From Felis catus (lineage: Eukaryota), in contig NC_058368.1 in the NCBI RefSeq assembly GCF_018350175.1, positions 219,358,001 to 219,422,000 of the forward strand: DNA of 64,000 nucleotides, in the 5' to 3' direction. The stretch's first letter is position 1. Each line of letters starts with the position of its first letter. Below the pieces are notes generated by a model. That model worked only from the letters and a program-made list of their open reading frames with translations, was not told where the DNA came from and did not search any database. This document shows positions 36,996 to 51,061 of the stretch, one piece after another. The position numbers were made by a program, and so were the translations under genes.

Positions 36996-39900
36996 AAATA
37001 TATAAGATTTTCAGTCAAGATCATTCTCCAAGACCACGTACTGAAGACAACCTCAGACACATATGCATACAGACATACATAAAACAGATAACCCTCTCAT
37101 AATAGTTACAATTAATAACCCAAGATTTAGAAAATAATCTGCTGAGCTGACCTATTACGTGACCATTTCCATAAACCATAATCAAAACCTACACATAAAT
37201 TAGACTATGGGGATGAAGCGTCAAGCCTCCTGACCCTCAGCCGTCAGACAACAGAGAGGAGAAGAAAGTTTCTCTCTGTAATAAGCCATTCTTTTTAAAG
37301 CACAGTAGTAAAACAAGACTCCCCACTCTAAACCAGGCATCAGGGATAGAACCTGTTGCTGAGAAGTAAATGGAACAAACTGCTGATTATCACTCCTTGA
37401 GGCTATGAATGATTTAGAAGTCCTGGAAGAGGTGGTGATTGAAGCAAATGACCATGACTGCCTTATGATTGACTCTATAACATCCACTATCACCAAGTGA
37501 CAGGGTCCCCAACCTGCTTTTGCATTTCCAGGAACTGGAGTTGATTGAAGTCACTGTCAATACTTCTAGACAGAGAAAGTAAAACATAAAGATGCAAAAG
37601 GGAAACTTAACTTACATCTTTAATGAGTCACAACCACAAACAGAAATGAGCACCTGCAATGTCATGAAAAAAACTTAGTCAATACAGTTTTCTCCAAATT
37701 AAATTAAGTAATGACATAAAATTAATTTTTATTAAGTATAATTTTAATCTTCAAAAAGAAATGGATGAATAATTTCTAAATAACATAATATCAACAAAAA
37801 TCATTATGAAACAAACAGGTAAAAATCAAAGATATATGTATATAATATACATATGTATACAGAATGAATACAGAAGTCAGAAATGTTAGTATGTGTATAT
37901 GCGTGTGTGTGTGTGTGTTTAAAAAAAAAATTAAGGGCTTTTAGATAAATGTAACAAGAATGTAAAAGACTGAACAGTGGGAGTAGCAATATTTCAGCAG
38001 AAATAGCTACAGAATTTTAGGATTAAGAAAGTATATGAATTCTCAAATTGAAGGAATACTCTAACTCACTCTAATACATTCATATTCTTCTATAAGCACT
38101 AGACTCAAAGAAAAGTTTTAAATTATTATAAAGAAATATGAAAATAGTGAGAGCCAGACAAGTGTCCCAAATCTTCTGCAGTAGGGAAGTAGACCTCATA
38201 TCCTAAAATATTTTAAAAATCACAATCAATACTATGTTGCAACCTAGTCTGCTGTTTGCTTAATTCAGAGTATTCCATCTTCCCACATTCAGAACAAAGA
38301 GGTTCTGAATACATTAAACATGAGAATTAAATTTGTCAAAGACCATTGCATCTGAACACAGTTACCATTAGATAGTGAAAGTGAGTCTATTAGTGGCCCT
38401 GCCAGGTGAAATTCATCCTGTTCAAAGAGGAAAATGTAGGTGGAAAAAAAGAAAGTTCAATCTGAAAGAAAATAAAAAGTACTCTTTGTAATTTGTCGAG
38501 CCACATCCTTAAGGTATTTAAATTGCTCTTTTTTTTTATACTTCAACAATTAGGCATATTTCAAGGATTTGATCACTATTTAGGACCACTGGAAGAATAT
38601 TTATAAGGAGAGCAGTAGCAAACTCAAGAGTTAATAATGGCCATTTGTCCTGAAGGAGTTAATATAACTTCCAAAGAAAATTTACTTTGCAGAAGACAGT
38701 AATGTTACCATCTACCTCATAGTACAGCAAGTTCACATTATTTGGTTCTAGGCAAAGGGAGAAATAAGAAGAAAATACAACAAAGAAATCATGAAGCAAC
38801 TATCTTAGAGCAATTTGTCTCAAATATGTAGTGTGCATCTTAACTCTCCTTCCTCTTTGCATGGATATATCCCCTTTGAAGGTATATATTTTGGACATTG
38901 AAATTAGATTGAAGAAAAATGTTAATGTATAAACAATTGTAAAATCATGTATTAGACTTGTAATCAATTACATTCAAGTGTGGGATGGTTAATTCAATGG
39001 GAAGAGAAAAGAGAATTTTTGAGAAATCCACAGCTATGTCCTGATGCTTAAACTGCTGACAGGACCAAAAATATACCTGGGAACATCGCTTAGTACAGCT
39101 GGCAAGTCAAGGGAAGAGATATTTAAGTAGTAAATAGTAGAAGGTCACACACTAGTGATTACACACACATATGCTGGAAACCCATGGGGTGTCAGGGGGA
39201 AACATAAAGTTCAGTGGAGCTAATACAACAAAGAATCTATATACAAGCATATCATTTAGCATAGATTATCAACACAAAATATTTTCTGACCCCTGTCTTG
39301 AATTGATCTGTCCTCATAAGCAGTGAAATAAAATGTAAAAAAAAAGTGGCATTTCCCAATATGATATTATTTATAGTACACAAAGGTCACCTTACACTTA
39401 AGCTGTGCACTTTTAACTTGTTCTCTGCCATAGAGGGATATTTTTCACATATGTGAGTATTTACATAATAATGATGCTGTTCTAAATCCATAAGCTTGCA
39501 GCCTTTTTAGTTAACCTGTGGAGAATATGGATCCTATCTATGTTCTTCCCTGTAAACTGATCAAATCCACAAATGAAAAGAGACAGTCAGGAGCAGAAGG
39601 AGGCAGAGAGAGAGAGAGAGATGGGAAAACAGTAAAAAGGTAATTGCGATGATTCCCAGTGTGGGGATAGATACAACTTCCGAAGAAAGGTGCTCAACAA
39701 TCGATGTGGTGCCCGCAAGTCGTGTTTGATAGACATGTCAAGAGTCGAGTTATTTGTCTCTTACATAAAAATTCTCATATATACCCAATCTTGTTTTATA
39801 TTTTGTATATAACATTCAGCATCTGCAGAGTATATTATTAATACTGTTTGCAAAGCCTTGCAACAAAAACAAAATACTTATTTTTAACTAGAAGACAGCT

Positions 39901-42229
39901 TACCCTGAAGCAGGGCTATTATCATCTTCTGGGATCCATATTCTACATTTACACTCCATTGCTGAGCAAAATCCTACACCAGCTTACGTGAAGTAAATGG
40001 AAGTATCATTAAACCATTGGCAATAACTCCAGAGGGATGCTGGCCCCCTCTGAGTATAACAGATAAGCCTCCATGACAGAATTGATTCTCCCAGTCAGTT
40101 CATTCTTCCAGTATATGTGTTCCTCATTGCTATTGTGGATCATTTACTGGATCAGCAGAGAAAGATCTAGGACAAGTCTCTACTGAGACTGTTGCTATTG
40201 TTACTGCTGTATGTGGAAATATACAAATACCACTGGCAATCTAAGGGTATCCCAGATGATACTCAAATTATGCTTTATTTGGGGGTTCGTGCATTTAAAC
40301 ACTTTTGAATATCAGTTGAGTGATAAATGATTAGTGAATGTATCTGAACTCCTTTGGTTCAGGAATAAGCTTCTTGCTAGACCTTTTATGTTTTCTCACA
40401 CTTCTGGAATTTGTATCATGCTCACATTTTTGTTGTTGTTCTATGTCCTTCCATACTTCTCTGCCTAAACTTCACTCATTTTAAGCTAGCAATGAGTTTT
40501 TACAATAAATAAATCTGTAGGGCTATGTCGGGACCATTAATGCATTAGTAGAAACCACTGGTCTTTGTTACTCTCCTTTCCTATGCATAATAGGCATGCA
40601 TTTTAAGGAGATGCTTATAAGGCCTGTACCTTTGGAGTTTAACACACTGATATTGTAATGACAGAGATATTGATTCAAGCATCTGTGGTGGGAGGTGTTT
40701 CTGTAGATAGGCCCTTATAATGTTCCTATCTCCTCTTCCTATCCCAAGCCAAATCATACTATGTTCATGGATGCATGGTCTCTACTCCAGGAAAAGATTA
40801 TTGGCTTCAATTATTTGCCAACCAATATTTTACAATTATGCACAAAATATGTCTCGAACAAAGGCTCCAGACACATAGGTGAATGTTTATTAGAAACAAA
40901 CTTGTTGGTTTCTTCAAGTCTGATTCAGTCAGTGGTCTTATTCATTCATTCATTTAATTAAAAAAAAATGCATCTCATACCCACAAGGTACAAATGTGCC
41001 TGTAAACACTAGGTATCATCTAGTGAATAAATCCTAATCCATTCTTCTGGGGTTTCCAATCTACTAGGGATGGTGGGGTGGGGGTAGACAATAAGGTAGG
41101 GTCAAACAAAACAAAAGGGAATTTTAATAGTGTGGCAATTTCAATGTTGCTAAATCAATTCATATCTCATAATCCATATTCCACCTATTCAAAATTGCCT
41201 TTGATATGAACACACACAGAAATTCTACTTTGATAGATAACCTCTTAAATGGCTCAGAAAGCTTAAAACTACCATTTCTTCCTTGCTTTCCACATATGAT
41301 AAAATCACAAACTATAGTCAGGTCAAACTTCTATCTCTTTAATCTAGGATTTTTTTTTGCTCCAGAATGATTACAATAGTTCAAGTGCCCTGAATTGAGG
41401 CACTAGTGTGCTAGCAGGGACTGTGACTCCACATTCACCCCAACTTCCCAGTATGAACTACTCCATGAGGAAGGAAAGAAGTGACAGCAACTACCCAGTC
41501 CTGCATTATCCAACCCAGTCAGGGATTGTTCCTGAGGAAGGAAGTCACTAATGTCACATTAGCTGCTAGCTCCTCTGGACCTAATTCAGCCATACAAGTC
41601 CCCATTTATTTTTCATCCAAAGAGTATCAGAACGATTCATTTAGAAATCACAATTATATAAATTGTAGGAACTCAAGTTTATAAAAATCAGAGCAGAACC
41701 ATCACCTCAGTGCTAATGTCCTAAAAAGGTGGTTATACCAGAAGCCAGAGCCAACATGTACTGGCTCATTTCCTTCTAAGTTCCAGTCATAGAAATTGCA
41801 ACTGAATTATATTGGTGATGTTAGTAAATCATAATGTTTTTCTCTTCAACCTATGTAGAACCATACTGTGTTATCCCTTATTTATTTTACATTTTAAATT
41901 AAGGTATTCTCAATAATTAAACTTAAGTTCACTAGAACAGAGGCTCTGTGAGGACAGGTGATTTAAAAAAAATTCATTTGCTTTTACATCCTTAGCACAT
42001 AGAAAAATGCTAGGCACATGATAGGTGCTTAACACATGTTGAATGAACAAATACATCTAAGTATTTTCCCCCTCTCCTTCCACGAGAGACGAACAATAGA
42101 TTCTGAAGAAAATTCTTTTTGCACAGATTTCCAGTTTCTTTCATTCTTCCCATTTACCTCAAGATGAGAAAATTAAGAAGAACACTTTAGGAAATGGGGT
42201 AAAATTATTACCACTATGGGTTTATATGA

Positions 42230-42620
42230 TCCAGAATGCGTAAGGACTCTTTCAGCTGTCAGTAACAAAACTCCAACTCCAAAATTCAATATGCAGCTAA
42301 ATTATTGGTTCACAAAGCTGACAAAAACCCAATGATATATTCTTCAGACATGACTGAATAGATGTTCCTATCATGTCCTCAGGGATCTGACTCTTTTTTT
42401 TTCTCCTATCTCTTTCTCAGTAATGTTTTTCTTTCCACTGACTTTATTCTCCAGCAGACTTCTACATATGGATTCAAGATGCCAGTGGCATTTCCAGACT
42501 TACATGACATTATTGCTTGAGTTTCCAGAGAAAGAAACAGTGTGTTTCCTGATATCATTGCTCTGGTAAATGTCCAAGGAGAAGTAAGATGGTCTCAACA
42601 TAATTTACAGGGAGAGGCCT
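42230..42620. mobile_element. Old MaLR (MLT1J/K-like) LTR relic
   Basis: aggactctttcagctgtcagtaacaaaactccaactc motif, recognised from memory. Confidence 0.5.
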
Positions 42621-42828
42621 GAACCAACCACTGGACTGCTAAGCTTGGTGCTCCTGCTGATTTCTGGACTGGAGGGAAATTTCTGTAAGATTAATTCCAG
42701 CCATGAACTGGGTAGACAGAAAAACATTGTCAACCACTCACAGCCCACAAGATGCTGCAAAATCTTATTCTTGATTTCTTCTCTTGTCACATCTTACCTC
42801 ACTATCTTTCTAGTTCCTCATTCTCTCA

Positions 42829-42830
<2 letters not shown>

Positions 42831-42897
<67 letters not shown>

Positions 42898-42905
42898 CTC
42901 TCTCT
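42831..42905. repeat. (CT)n microsatellite
   Basis: Direct reading. Confidence 0.96.
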
Positions 42906-42949
42906 TTTAAGATTGGTCTTAGTTTTCTTTTCCTAAATGCATTAATGTG

Positions 42950-43312
42950 ACTTCAGTCCTGAAAGATTTTACACATGCTGTTCTGTCTATCTGGAATATT
43001 CTTCCTTGTATCCTTTTCATCCTGAGCACTTCGTATTTGTCTGCAACACTCAAGTTAATGATTACTTTCTCCTGGAAGCCATTGATGGTATTCTAGTTCA
43101 GAATACATACTCCCTGTTAAAAAATGTGTATGCTTCTTTTCAAAATTTGTCGTTATTGTGATTACTTATTTTGTAAATAGTTGTTGACTTTTGATCCCTT
43201 TACCTACAGGAGGACAGTGTTCCAGACCATCATCTTCCTCAGTGTTACTCCAGTTGGTGACACGCTGTCTGGCACATGGCAGGCACTAAAAACACTTATC
43301 AATGAATCAAAT
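42950..43312 (+). mobile_element. L2 3' end
   Basis: tttacacatgctgttctgtctatctggaata; gtctggcacatggcaggcact...aatgaat. Confidence 0.7.
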
Positions 43313-43336
43313 AAAGAATTGGATTAATTAAATATT

Positions 43337-43558
43337 TTTTTTTTAATTTTTTTTCAACATTTATTTTATTTTTGGGACAGAGAGAGACAGAGCATGAACG
43401 GGGGAGGGGCAGAGAGAGAGGGAGACACAGAATCAGAAACAGGCTCCAGGCTCTGAGCCATCAGCCCAGAGCCCGACGCGGGGCTCGAACTCACGGACCG
43501 CGAGATCGTGACCTGGCTGAAGTCGGACGCTTAACCGACTGCGCCACCCAGGCGCCCC
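43337..43558 (-). mobile_element. Young SINEC_Fc
   Basis: Perfect 16-bp TSD ggattaattaaatatt (43321-43336 and 43559-43574); CpGs mostly intact. Confidence 0.99.
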
Positions 43559-43588
43559 GGATTAATTAAATATTAATTTAGCCTAGTC

Positions 43589-43822
43589 TAGGGGTGTCTA
43601 CTCTAAGGGGAGAACTTTTTTTCATAAAAGGCTAGATAGTAAATATTTTAGGCTTTTTAGCACCTACTGTTTCTGTCACATATTATTCTTTGTATTTTTC
43701 TTGTTTGTCTCTCTGCTTTTTTACAATCATTTAAAATGTAAAAAAGCATTCTTATCACTAAGCCGTACTAAGCAGGTCACTGGCAAGACCATGGCCTGTG
43801 GGTCATAGCTTGCCCACCTCTG
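43589..43822. mobile_element. MER58-type hAT-Charlie non-autonomous DNA transposon
   Basis: Termini taggggt...cacctctg; internal aaaggctagatagtaaatattttaggcttt and gggtcatagcttgcccacc. Confidence 0.85.
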
Positions 43823-45325
43823 CCTTAGTATCCTAGTAGTTCTAATTCTTCTTGCAATTGTGTAATTAGAGTGAGATTCTGACTCCATATTTTTATTTGT
43901 TTGTTTCTTTATTTTTGCTTTGGTTTTCTTTCTGAAATGCACCCTTAACTTTCTACTCGACATAAATACTAATTCTGTTCTCAGCAGTACCCAAGCCAGG
44001 ATCATATTGGTGTGCTTTCTTTTCAAACCTATTTGTTACCAACTTTTTCTTTCTACAAAATGCCTATGCATTTCTTGTAATCTCCTGCTATCTCTGCCAC
44101 ACTGTGCCTTCTCCATTCTTCAGCCAAGTGCACCTGCTGCCCTGGGTTCTTATTGCTGTTTCCAGTTTTTATGCTGCATCATCATCCCCTCTGCTTTCTG
44201 CAGGATAGAGGATAATATTTCAGTAGAAGGAGAAATGTTTATTTAAAATACACCGAGTAAAACAGACATTCCTAGATTCTGACACCAGGGAAATAAGCAT
44301 GCCATCTGCCCTCCATAAGGAGCTCTTTGCCTGAGGGACATAACCGTATCACCCAGGTAAGCTCTTACTAATGTGTAAATTGTACTGCAACCTACAAATC
44401 GTGGTTGTCATTCTAGACCTTCTGTTCTTTTGCTGCCCTAAGTTCTATAGTTCATTTTCAATTCTTTTTCCCCCTACTGTATACACGTTGACACCTCTTC
44501 CCCTGGAATACAACAACCACTAGTCTTGTGAATGGGAAACTTAGAACATCTCACCCATTAGTTTCTCAGTATGAATCGCAAGATTGTTTTTTAGGGGAAA
44601 AATGGCACATTTCAAGTACTGCCGTTACATAATTAGAGGTAATAGGGGAAAAACCCAAAGCATATACATATATAGGTATTTTAAATTCCATCCGTTGTGA
44701 ATGCATGATTTATAAAAATAAGTGAGCATGCTATGTCTTGCAAACTTAAAAAAAAGATAATCTGTCATCAGCTTACTCAAAAAAGAATCAAACTGTGGCA
44801 GAAATCAATTGCTCCCCAATATTTACTATGTGAAAACACATAGTTTAATAGCTCTTCATCCAATATGACAAATGTTATACTAAGATAAACTTTATAAAGA
44901 ATAAACTTGAGAGGACTTAATTTAATAAATTTGTATAAATGCAGACACCCATGTAAGGATCAACGCAATTAAGATGAAACATGTTTCCATCTCTCTACAA
45001 ATTTCCTTTATGCTCACTTCAAACCAATCCCCATCCACTCATAACTAAATCCTATTCTTGTTTCTATCTCCACAGAATTAGTTTTTCTTATTCTTGAACT
45101 TCATATAAATTGAATCATAGAGTACGTATTATATTGTTTCTGACTTTTTATCATAATGTTTTGAGATTTGTCTGTATTTTGTGTTTTAAAGGTCCATTCC
45201 TTTCATTGCAAAATATTATTCCATTGTATAAATAAGGGATCATGAATGTATTCAATTAGTTCATCCATTACCCAGTTTAAGGATGTTTGAACTGTCAGTT
45301 TTTGTCCCTTATTTTTCAAAAAGAA

Positions 45326-45348
45326 ATTTAATATTTATTTATTTTTTA

Positions 45349-45380
<32 letters not shown>

Positions 45381-45547
45381 CATGAGCAGTGGAGGGGCAG
45401 AGGGAAAGGGAGACACAGAATCTGAAGCAGGCTCCAGGTTCTGAGCTGTCAGTACAGAACCTGACACAGGGTTCGAACGCACAAACTGTGAGATCATGAC
45501 CTGAGCCGAAGTTGGATGCTTAACTGACTAAGCCATCCAGGCGTCCC
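45326..45547 (-). mobile_element. SINEC (felid type)
   Basis: agccatccaggcgtccc end, (GA)n. Confidence 0.95.
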
Positions 45548-45554
45548 TGTCCAT

Positions 45555-45570
45555 TTTTTTTTCAATATTG

Positions 45571-45607
<37 letters not shown>

Positions 45608-45730
45608 CAAGGAGGCTCTACACTGTCAGTGCAGACCCCAGTGTGAGGCTCATCTCTGAAACAGTGAAATCATGACCTGAGCTTAAATCAAGAGTCAGAC
45701 ACTTAATCGACTGAGCCACCCAGGTGTACC
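45555..45730 (-). mobile_element. SINEC
   Basis: gagccacccaggtgtacc end, (GA)n. Confidence 0.93.
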
Positions 45731-47095
45731 AGTTCTTGTCCATTATTTTGTCCATTTATAGCACCTTAAGAAAGGTTTCTTAAGGCACTTACTTAAGGCA
45801 CACATGAGCAAATTTTTCTTTGGTGGGCCTAGGTGTTTATTTCACCTAGTTAAATGCCTAGGAGGATGCTTGCTGCATTATAAGGTAGGTGTATCTTTAG
45901 TAGAAGATATTGCCAAACCCTTTTCTACAGTAGTTGTGCCATTTTACATTCTTGTCCACAGTGTTTGTGAGATTCAGTTGCTCCAATCGTTGTGAACATA
46001 CAGTGCATACCGTGTTTTTAATTTTACCCAGTTTATTAGGCATGAGGTAGTTTCATATGTATTTCTCTGATGACTCATGATGTTGAGTACTACTTACTCA
46101 GTTGCTTCTTTGCCTTTCATATAATTTCCTTTACAATTTTTAAGCAACTTTATTTTTTTATTATTGCTATTATTATTATTAATTTATAGGAAGTGTTTAT
46201 AAATCCCAGATATAACTATCTGGCATACATATTCTTGTCTAACTTATTACTCATTTACTTAAGTTTCAAGAAGCAGTGAAAATGTTTTCTCAATAGGATT
46301 TTTATTTTAAAGTAATTTTAGATATACACAAAAATTGCAAAGATAGTACAAGAATCCCCATATACTCCACATCCAGTTTCCTTTATTAATAATATATGAG
46401 TGTAGTATATTTGTTATTGTTAATGAAACAATGTCAATACACTATTACTAACTGAAATTCATGCATTTTCAGATTTCCTTAGGTTTTTTTCCCCCTAACA
46501 TCCTTTCTCTGTTGCAGGATTCCATCCAGGATAACATATTACATGTAGTAGCTTTGTCTCCTCATGCTCCTCTTGCTTGTGACAGTTTCTTAAGTGTCTT
46601 TGGTGGCCTTAACTGTTTTAAGAAGTGCTGGGCAAGGATTTTGTGGGATGTCCCTCAAGTGGGATTTGTCCAGTATTTTTCTCATGATTACACTGAAGTT
46701 ATGTATATTTGAGAGGAGGACCATGAAGAAAAAGTGCCATTTTCATCACATCCTTAGATATACTATCAACCTGACTTATTGTTGAGGTTGACCTTGATGA
46801 ATTGGTTGAGGAAATATTTGTCAGGTTTCTCCACTGTAAAAGTTATTCATGCCCCTCCCCCCAACTCATTCTTTAGTATATTATTTGGACGAGATTCATT
46901 AAACACAACCAAAACTTAAGGGGCGAAAAGTTAAGAGTGCCACTCTAAAGGCAATGTTTACATAAATGATTTGGAATTCTTTAGCACTGGAGATTTGGCT
47001 TCTCCCTCATTACTTATTGATTCAATAATTTATTTGTATCAATATGAACTCATGAACAAATGCTTAATACTTTGGGTTAAAATACAGCAATACTA

Positions 47096-47283
47096 GGGTG
47101 CCTGGGTGGCTCAGCCTGTTAAGTGCCCGACTGGTGATTTTGGCTCAGGTTGTGATCTCACCATTGTGAGATCAAGGCCCGTGTTGGTTGTAGGTGGAGT
47201 TCTGCCCTGGGTGGGAAGCCTGCTTAATAATCTCTCTCTCCTTCTCCCTCTGCCCCTCCCACATGTCCTCTCTGTCTCTCTCA

Positions 47284-47312
<29 letters not shown>
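47096..47312 (+). mobile_element. SINEC with (AAT)n tail
   Basis: Imperfect TSD aatacagcaatac / aatacaataatac. Confidence 0.93.
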
Positions 47313-47315
<3 letters not shown>

Positions 47316-48349
47316 AATAATACCTTTTGAATTTTTGTTGCTCAAAATGTTCTAGCTTTGGCTATTGGGAAATTTTTCATTTGGTCTCTATATACTGTTA
47401 AAATGGTATCTTTTTTTTTTTAGTGTATGTATATGTGTTTCTAATGTATTTATCTATAATTAATATAATTTATCTTTGGAATAGTTTTAGAGTTACAGAA
47501 AAATTGAGCAGAAAACAGACAGTTCTTATATTTCTCCTTTCCCCCTTACCAATTTTCCCTTATCATTAACATTTTTCATTAGTGACATATATTGTTATAA
47601 TTGATGAGTCAATCTTGATACATTATTAATTAGAGCCCATAGCTTACAATACAGTTCATTTTCTGTGTTGTACATTCTATTGGTTTTGACAACTGCATGA
47701 TGTTATGTATCTACGATTACAGTTTCATACAGAAAGTTTTACTACCCTAAATATCCCCTGCGCTCCCGCTATTTATCCCTCCCCCTGTTTTCTGAACCAC
47801 TGGCAAATTGTTCTCCTGTCTCTATAGTGTCATTTAGTTGATATGATACAGTATGTAGCCCTTTCAGATTGTCTTCAGTCAGCAACATGCATTTAATATT
47901 CTTCTATGTCTTTTGTGACTTGATAGCCCATTTCTTTTTATTATCAAATAATCTTCCATTGTATGGACATACCACAGTTTGTTTATCCATTCACTTATTA
48001 AAGATTATCCTGTTTTTTTTTCTAATTTGGGGCCATTATGTATAAACTTGTTACAAGATTTTATGCAGATTTTTGAATGGACATGTATTTTCAACTCATT
48101 TGGGTAAATACCTAGAAGAATGATTCCTGTGTCATATGTGAAGCATGTATTTAGGTTTGTAAGGAACTGCAAACTGCTTGTAAATAGCTGTTAACATTTT
48201 GCGTTCTGTCTGCAATGAATGAGAATTCCCGTTGCTCTATATTCATGCCAGCATTTGGTGTTCAAAATGCTGAAGAAACCTGGTTCCCACAGTCTGTCAA
48301 CAATATACTTATTTGCTCACTTACAGTATACTGTCCAGGTATCAGAATT

Positions 48350-48366
48350 TTTTGTTAATGTTTATT

Positions 48367-48415
<49 letters not shown>

Positions 48416-48556
48416 AAGGGGCAGAGAGAGGGAGACAGAGCATCCCAAGCAGCCTGACAGCAGAGAGCCCAATGTGGAGCTTGAACTCATGAACTGTGAG
48501 ATCATGACCTGAGCCAAAGTCAGACACTTACCTGACTGAGCCATCTAGGTGTCCCA
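48350..48556 (-). mobile_element. SINEC
   Basis: TSD ggtatcagaatt at 48338-48349 and 48558-48569. Confidence 0.96.
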
Positions 48557-49631
48557 GGGTATCAGAATTATTAACCAATATCTCCATGTGAAACAACTTT
48601 ATCAGCTAGAGTACAATCCTTATGTACAATCGTTTTTGCTTTTAGTCTTACAGAATCCACTAATTTCCAAAATTATCAGTTCTTTTTTTCCTGACACCTT
48701 TAGGGAGGTGGTTTAATATATTAGTAATGCAACTGGGTTGTTTGGTCACAGTCCAGATACAATTCTTAGATACCCAGACCTCCTAAATGATGTTTTAAAT
48801 TTTTCATACATGAGCATTTTACTTTTTTTGCTGCCATGTTCTTTGGGTTTTGATAAATCCATTATGCCCTGTACCTACCAGATCATACAGAATAGTTTCA
48901 TTACTCTAAAAAATTCCTTGTGTTTCACTTATTTAACTCAATTTCCTCTCCAAACTTCTAGAATCACCAATATTTTTACTATCTCTGTAATTTTCCTTTT
49001 TCAGAATGTCATATAATTGGAATCATAGAGGCTACAATGTAGTCTTTGAGCAGTGACTTCTTTCACTTATCAATAGGCATTTAAGATTCATCCAAGTCTT
49101 TTTGTAGTTTAAAAGCTGAATTTTATTCACTAAATAATAGTCCATTCTAAGAAGGCACTACAGTTTGCTAGAAGAATGTGTATCCTGCTGTTGTCAGGTG
49201 GAATATTCTATAAATGTCAATTAAATCCAGTTGATAGATGGTGCTGTTGAGGTCAATTGTATCTTTACTGATGTTCTGTCTACTTTATCAATTACTGGCA
49301 GAAAGCAGGTGAAGTCTGATTGTAAGAGTAGATTTCTTTATTTTTCTCTCAGTTCTATCAGTCTTGGCCATATGTATTTTGATGCTTTGTTGTTAGTTGT
49401 ATATAGATGTTTAGGATTGTTCTATTATCTGGGAGAGTCACCCCTTTCTCAAACTATAATATCTAGTGTTTTTCTTGATAATTTTTTTCTTAAGGCTGTT
49501 TCACTTGATATTAAAATAGCTATTCCAGGTATTTTTGTTTGTTTGTTTTGTTTGTTTTGTTTGTTTTAGAGTTAACATGATATATCTTTCTCTATCCCAT
49601 TACTTTAACTTGTGTTTGTTTGTTTGTTTAT

Positions 49632-49858
49632 TTATTTATTTATATATTTTTTAACATTTATTTATTTTTGAGAGACAGAGTGAGACAGAGCATGAGCGGA
49701 GGAGGGGCAGAGAGAGAAGGAGACACAGAATCCAAAGCAGGCTCCAGGCTCTGAGCTGTCAGCACAGAGCCCCACGAGGGGCTCCAACTCAGGGACCTCG
49801 AGATCATGACCTGAGCCAAAATCAGTGAGCTTAACTGACTGAGCCACCCAGGCGCCCC
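49632..49858 (-). mobile_element. SINEC (felid type)
   Basis: gagccacccaggcgcccc end. Confidence 0.96.
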
Positions 49859-49983
49859 ACTTTTTTTTGTCTTTGTATTTAAAATAAGTTCCTTAAAGAA
49901 AACAAATTGTTAGTTCTTATTATTGTTTTATGCCCTTTGACAATCTGTCTTTTAATTGGTGTATTTAAATAATTCACATTTTA

Positions 49984-50183
49984 TGTTTTTATTTTCTATG
50001 TATTTTTAGAGAGAGGGAGACCAGTGGAAGGATCAGAGACAGAGAGAAAGAGAGAATCCCAAGCAGGTTCCGGGCTGTCATTGTAGAGCCCAATGTGGGG
50101 CTTGAACCCATAGACCATGAGACCATGACCTGAGCCAAACCAAGAGTCAGACACTTAATTGACTGAGCCCCACAGGAGTCCCT
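49984..50183 (-). mobile_element. SINEC
   Basis: TSD ataattcacatttta at 49969-49983 and 50186-50200. Confidence 0.94.
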
Positions 50184-50847
50184 AGATAATTCACATTTTA
50201 AATAATTATTGATATAATTGGTCTAAGATCTACCATGTTGTAACTGTTTCCTATTCATTAGTTTTGTTCTTTGTCCCTCCTTCATTGTCTGTTTTCTCTG
50301 ATTTTAGTTGGGACTTTTATGAAGTTTTATTATCTTCTCTTTTTGCACTAAGAAAAAAAAAGTGTTTGCCTTAAAGTTTCCAATATACATTTTTAATTCA
50401 TCTAAGTCTACCTTCAACTAACACTATTCCGCTTTATATATAGTACAGGTACCTTATAACAATGTTTTCTTAATTGCTTCCTCTAATCCCTTATGACATT
50501 GCTGCCATTAATCTCACATATTTTTGCTGTAACACCCAAAACTTTGTTACTATTATTCCTTTAAACAAACATTCATCTTTTACATACAATGAAAACAAGA
50601 AAAATAAAAGATCTATTTTATCTTCATTTATTTCTTCCCTGACATTATCAAATTTACTGACTTACATTCTTTACTTGCCCCCTGAAGAATTTCTAACATT
50701 TCTTGCATGACTGTCTATACTCCATGAGTTCTACTGCATTTTGTTTGTCTGAGAAAATCTATTTCTCCTTCACTCTTGAATGGAAATTCTTGACATAGGA
50801 TTCTAGGTTGGTATTTTTGTTTTTGTTTTTGCTTTTTTTTCCCTTGG

Positions 50848-51061
50848 TTTTTTGTTTAACGTTTATTTACTTTTGAGAGAAAGAGAGAGAGAGACAGAGG
50901 CGTGAGCAGAGGAGGGGCAGAGAGAGAGACACACACACAGACTCCTAAGCAGGCTTCAGACTCTGAATGTCAGCACAGAGTCGGGTTGAAATTCACAGAC
51001 CTCCAGATCATGACCTGAGCTGAGGTCGGAAGCTTAACCCACTGAGCTACCCAGGTGCCCC
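50848..51061 (-). mobile_element. SINEC
   Basis: gagctacccaggtgcccc end, (GA)n. Confidence 0.94.

Noticed and set aside
43372..43569. Arg-rich ORF
   Set aside because: Antisense SINE read-through; the same applies to other MAQ...-starting ORFs.
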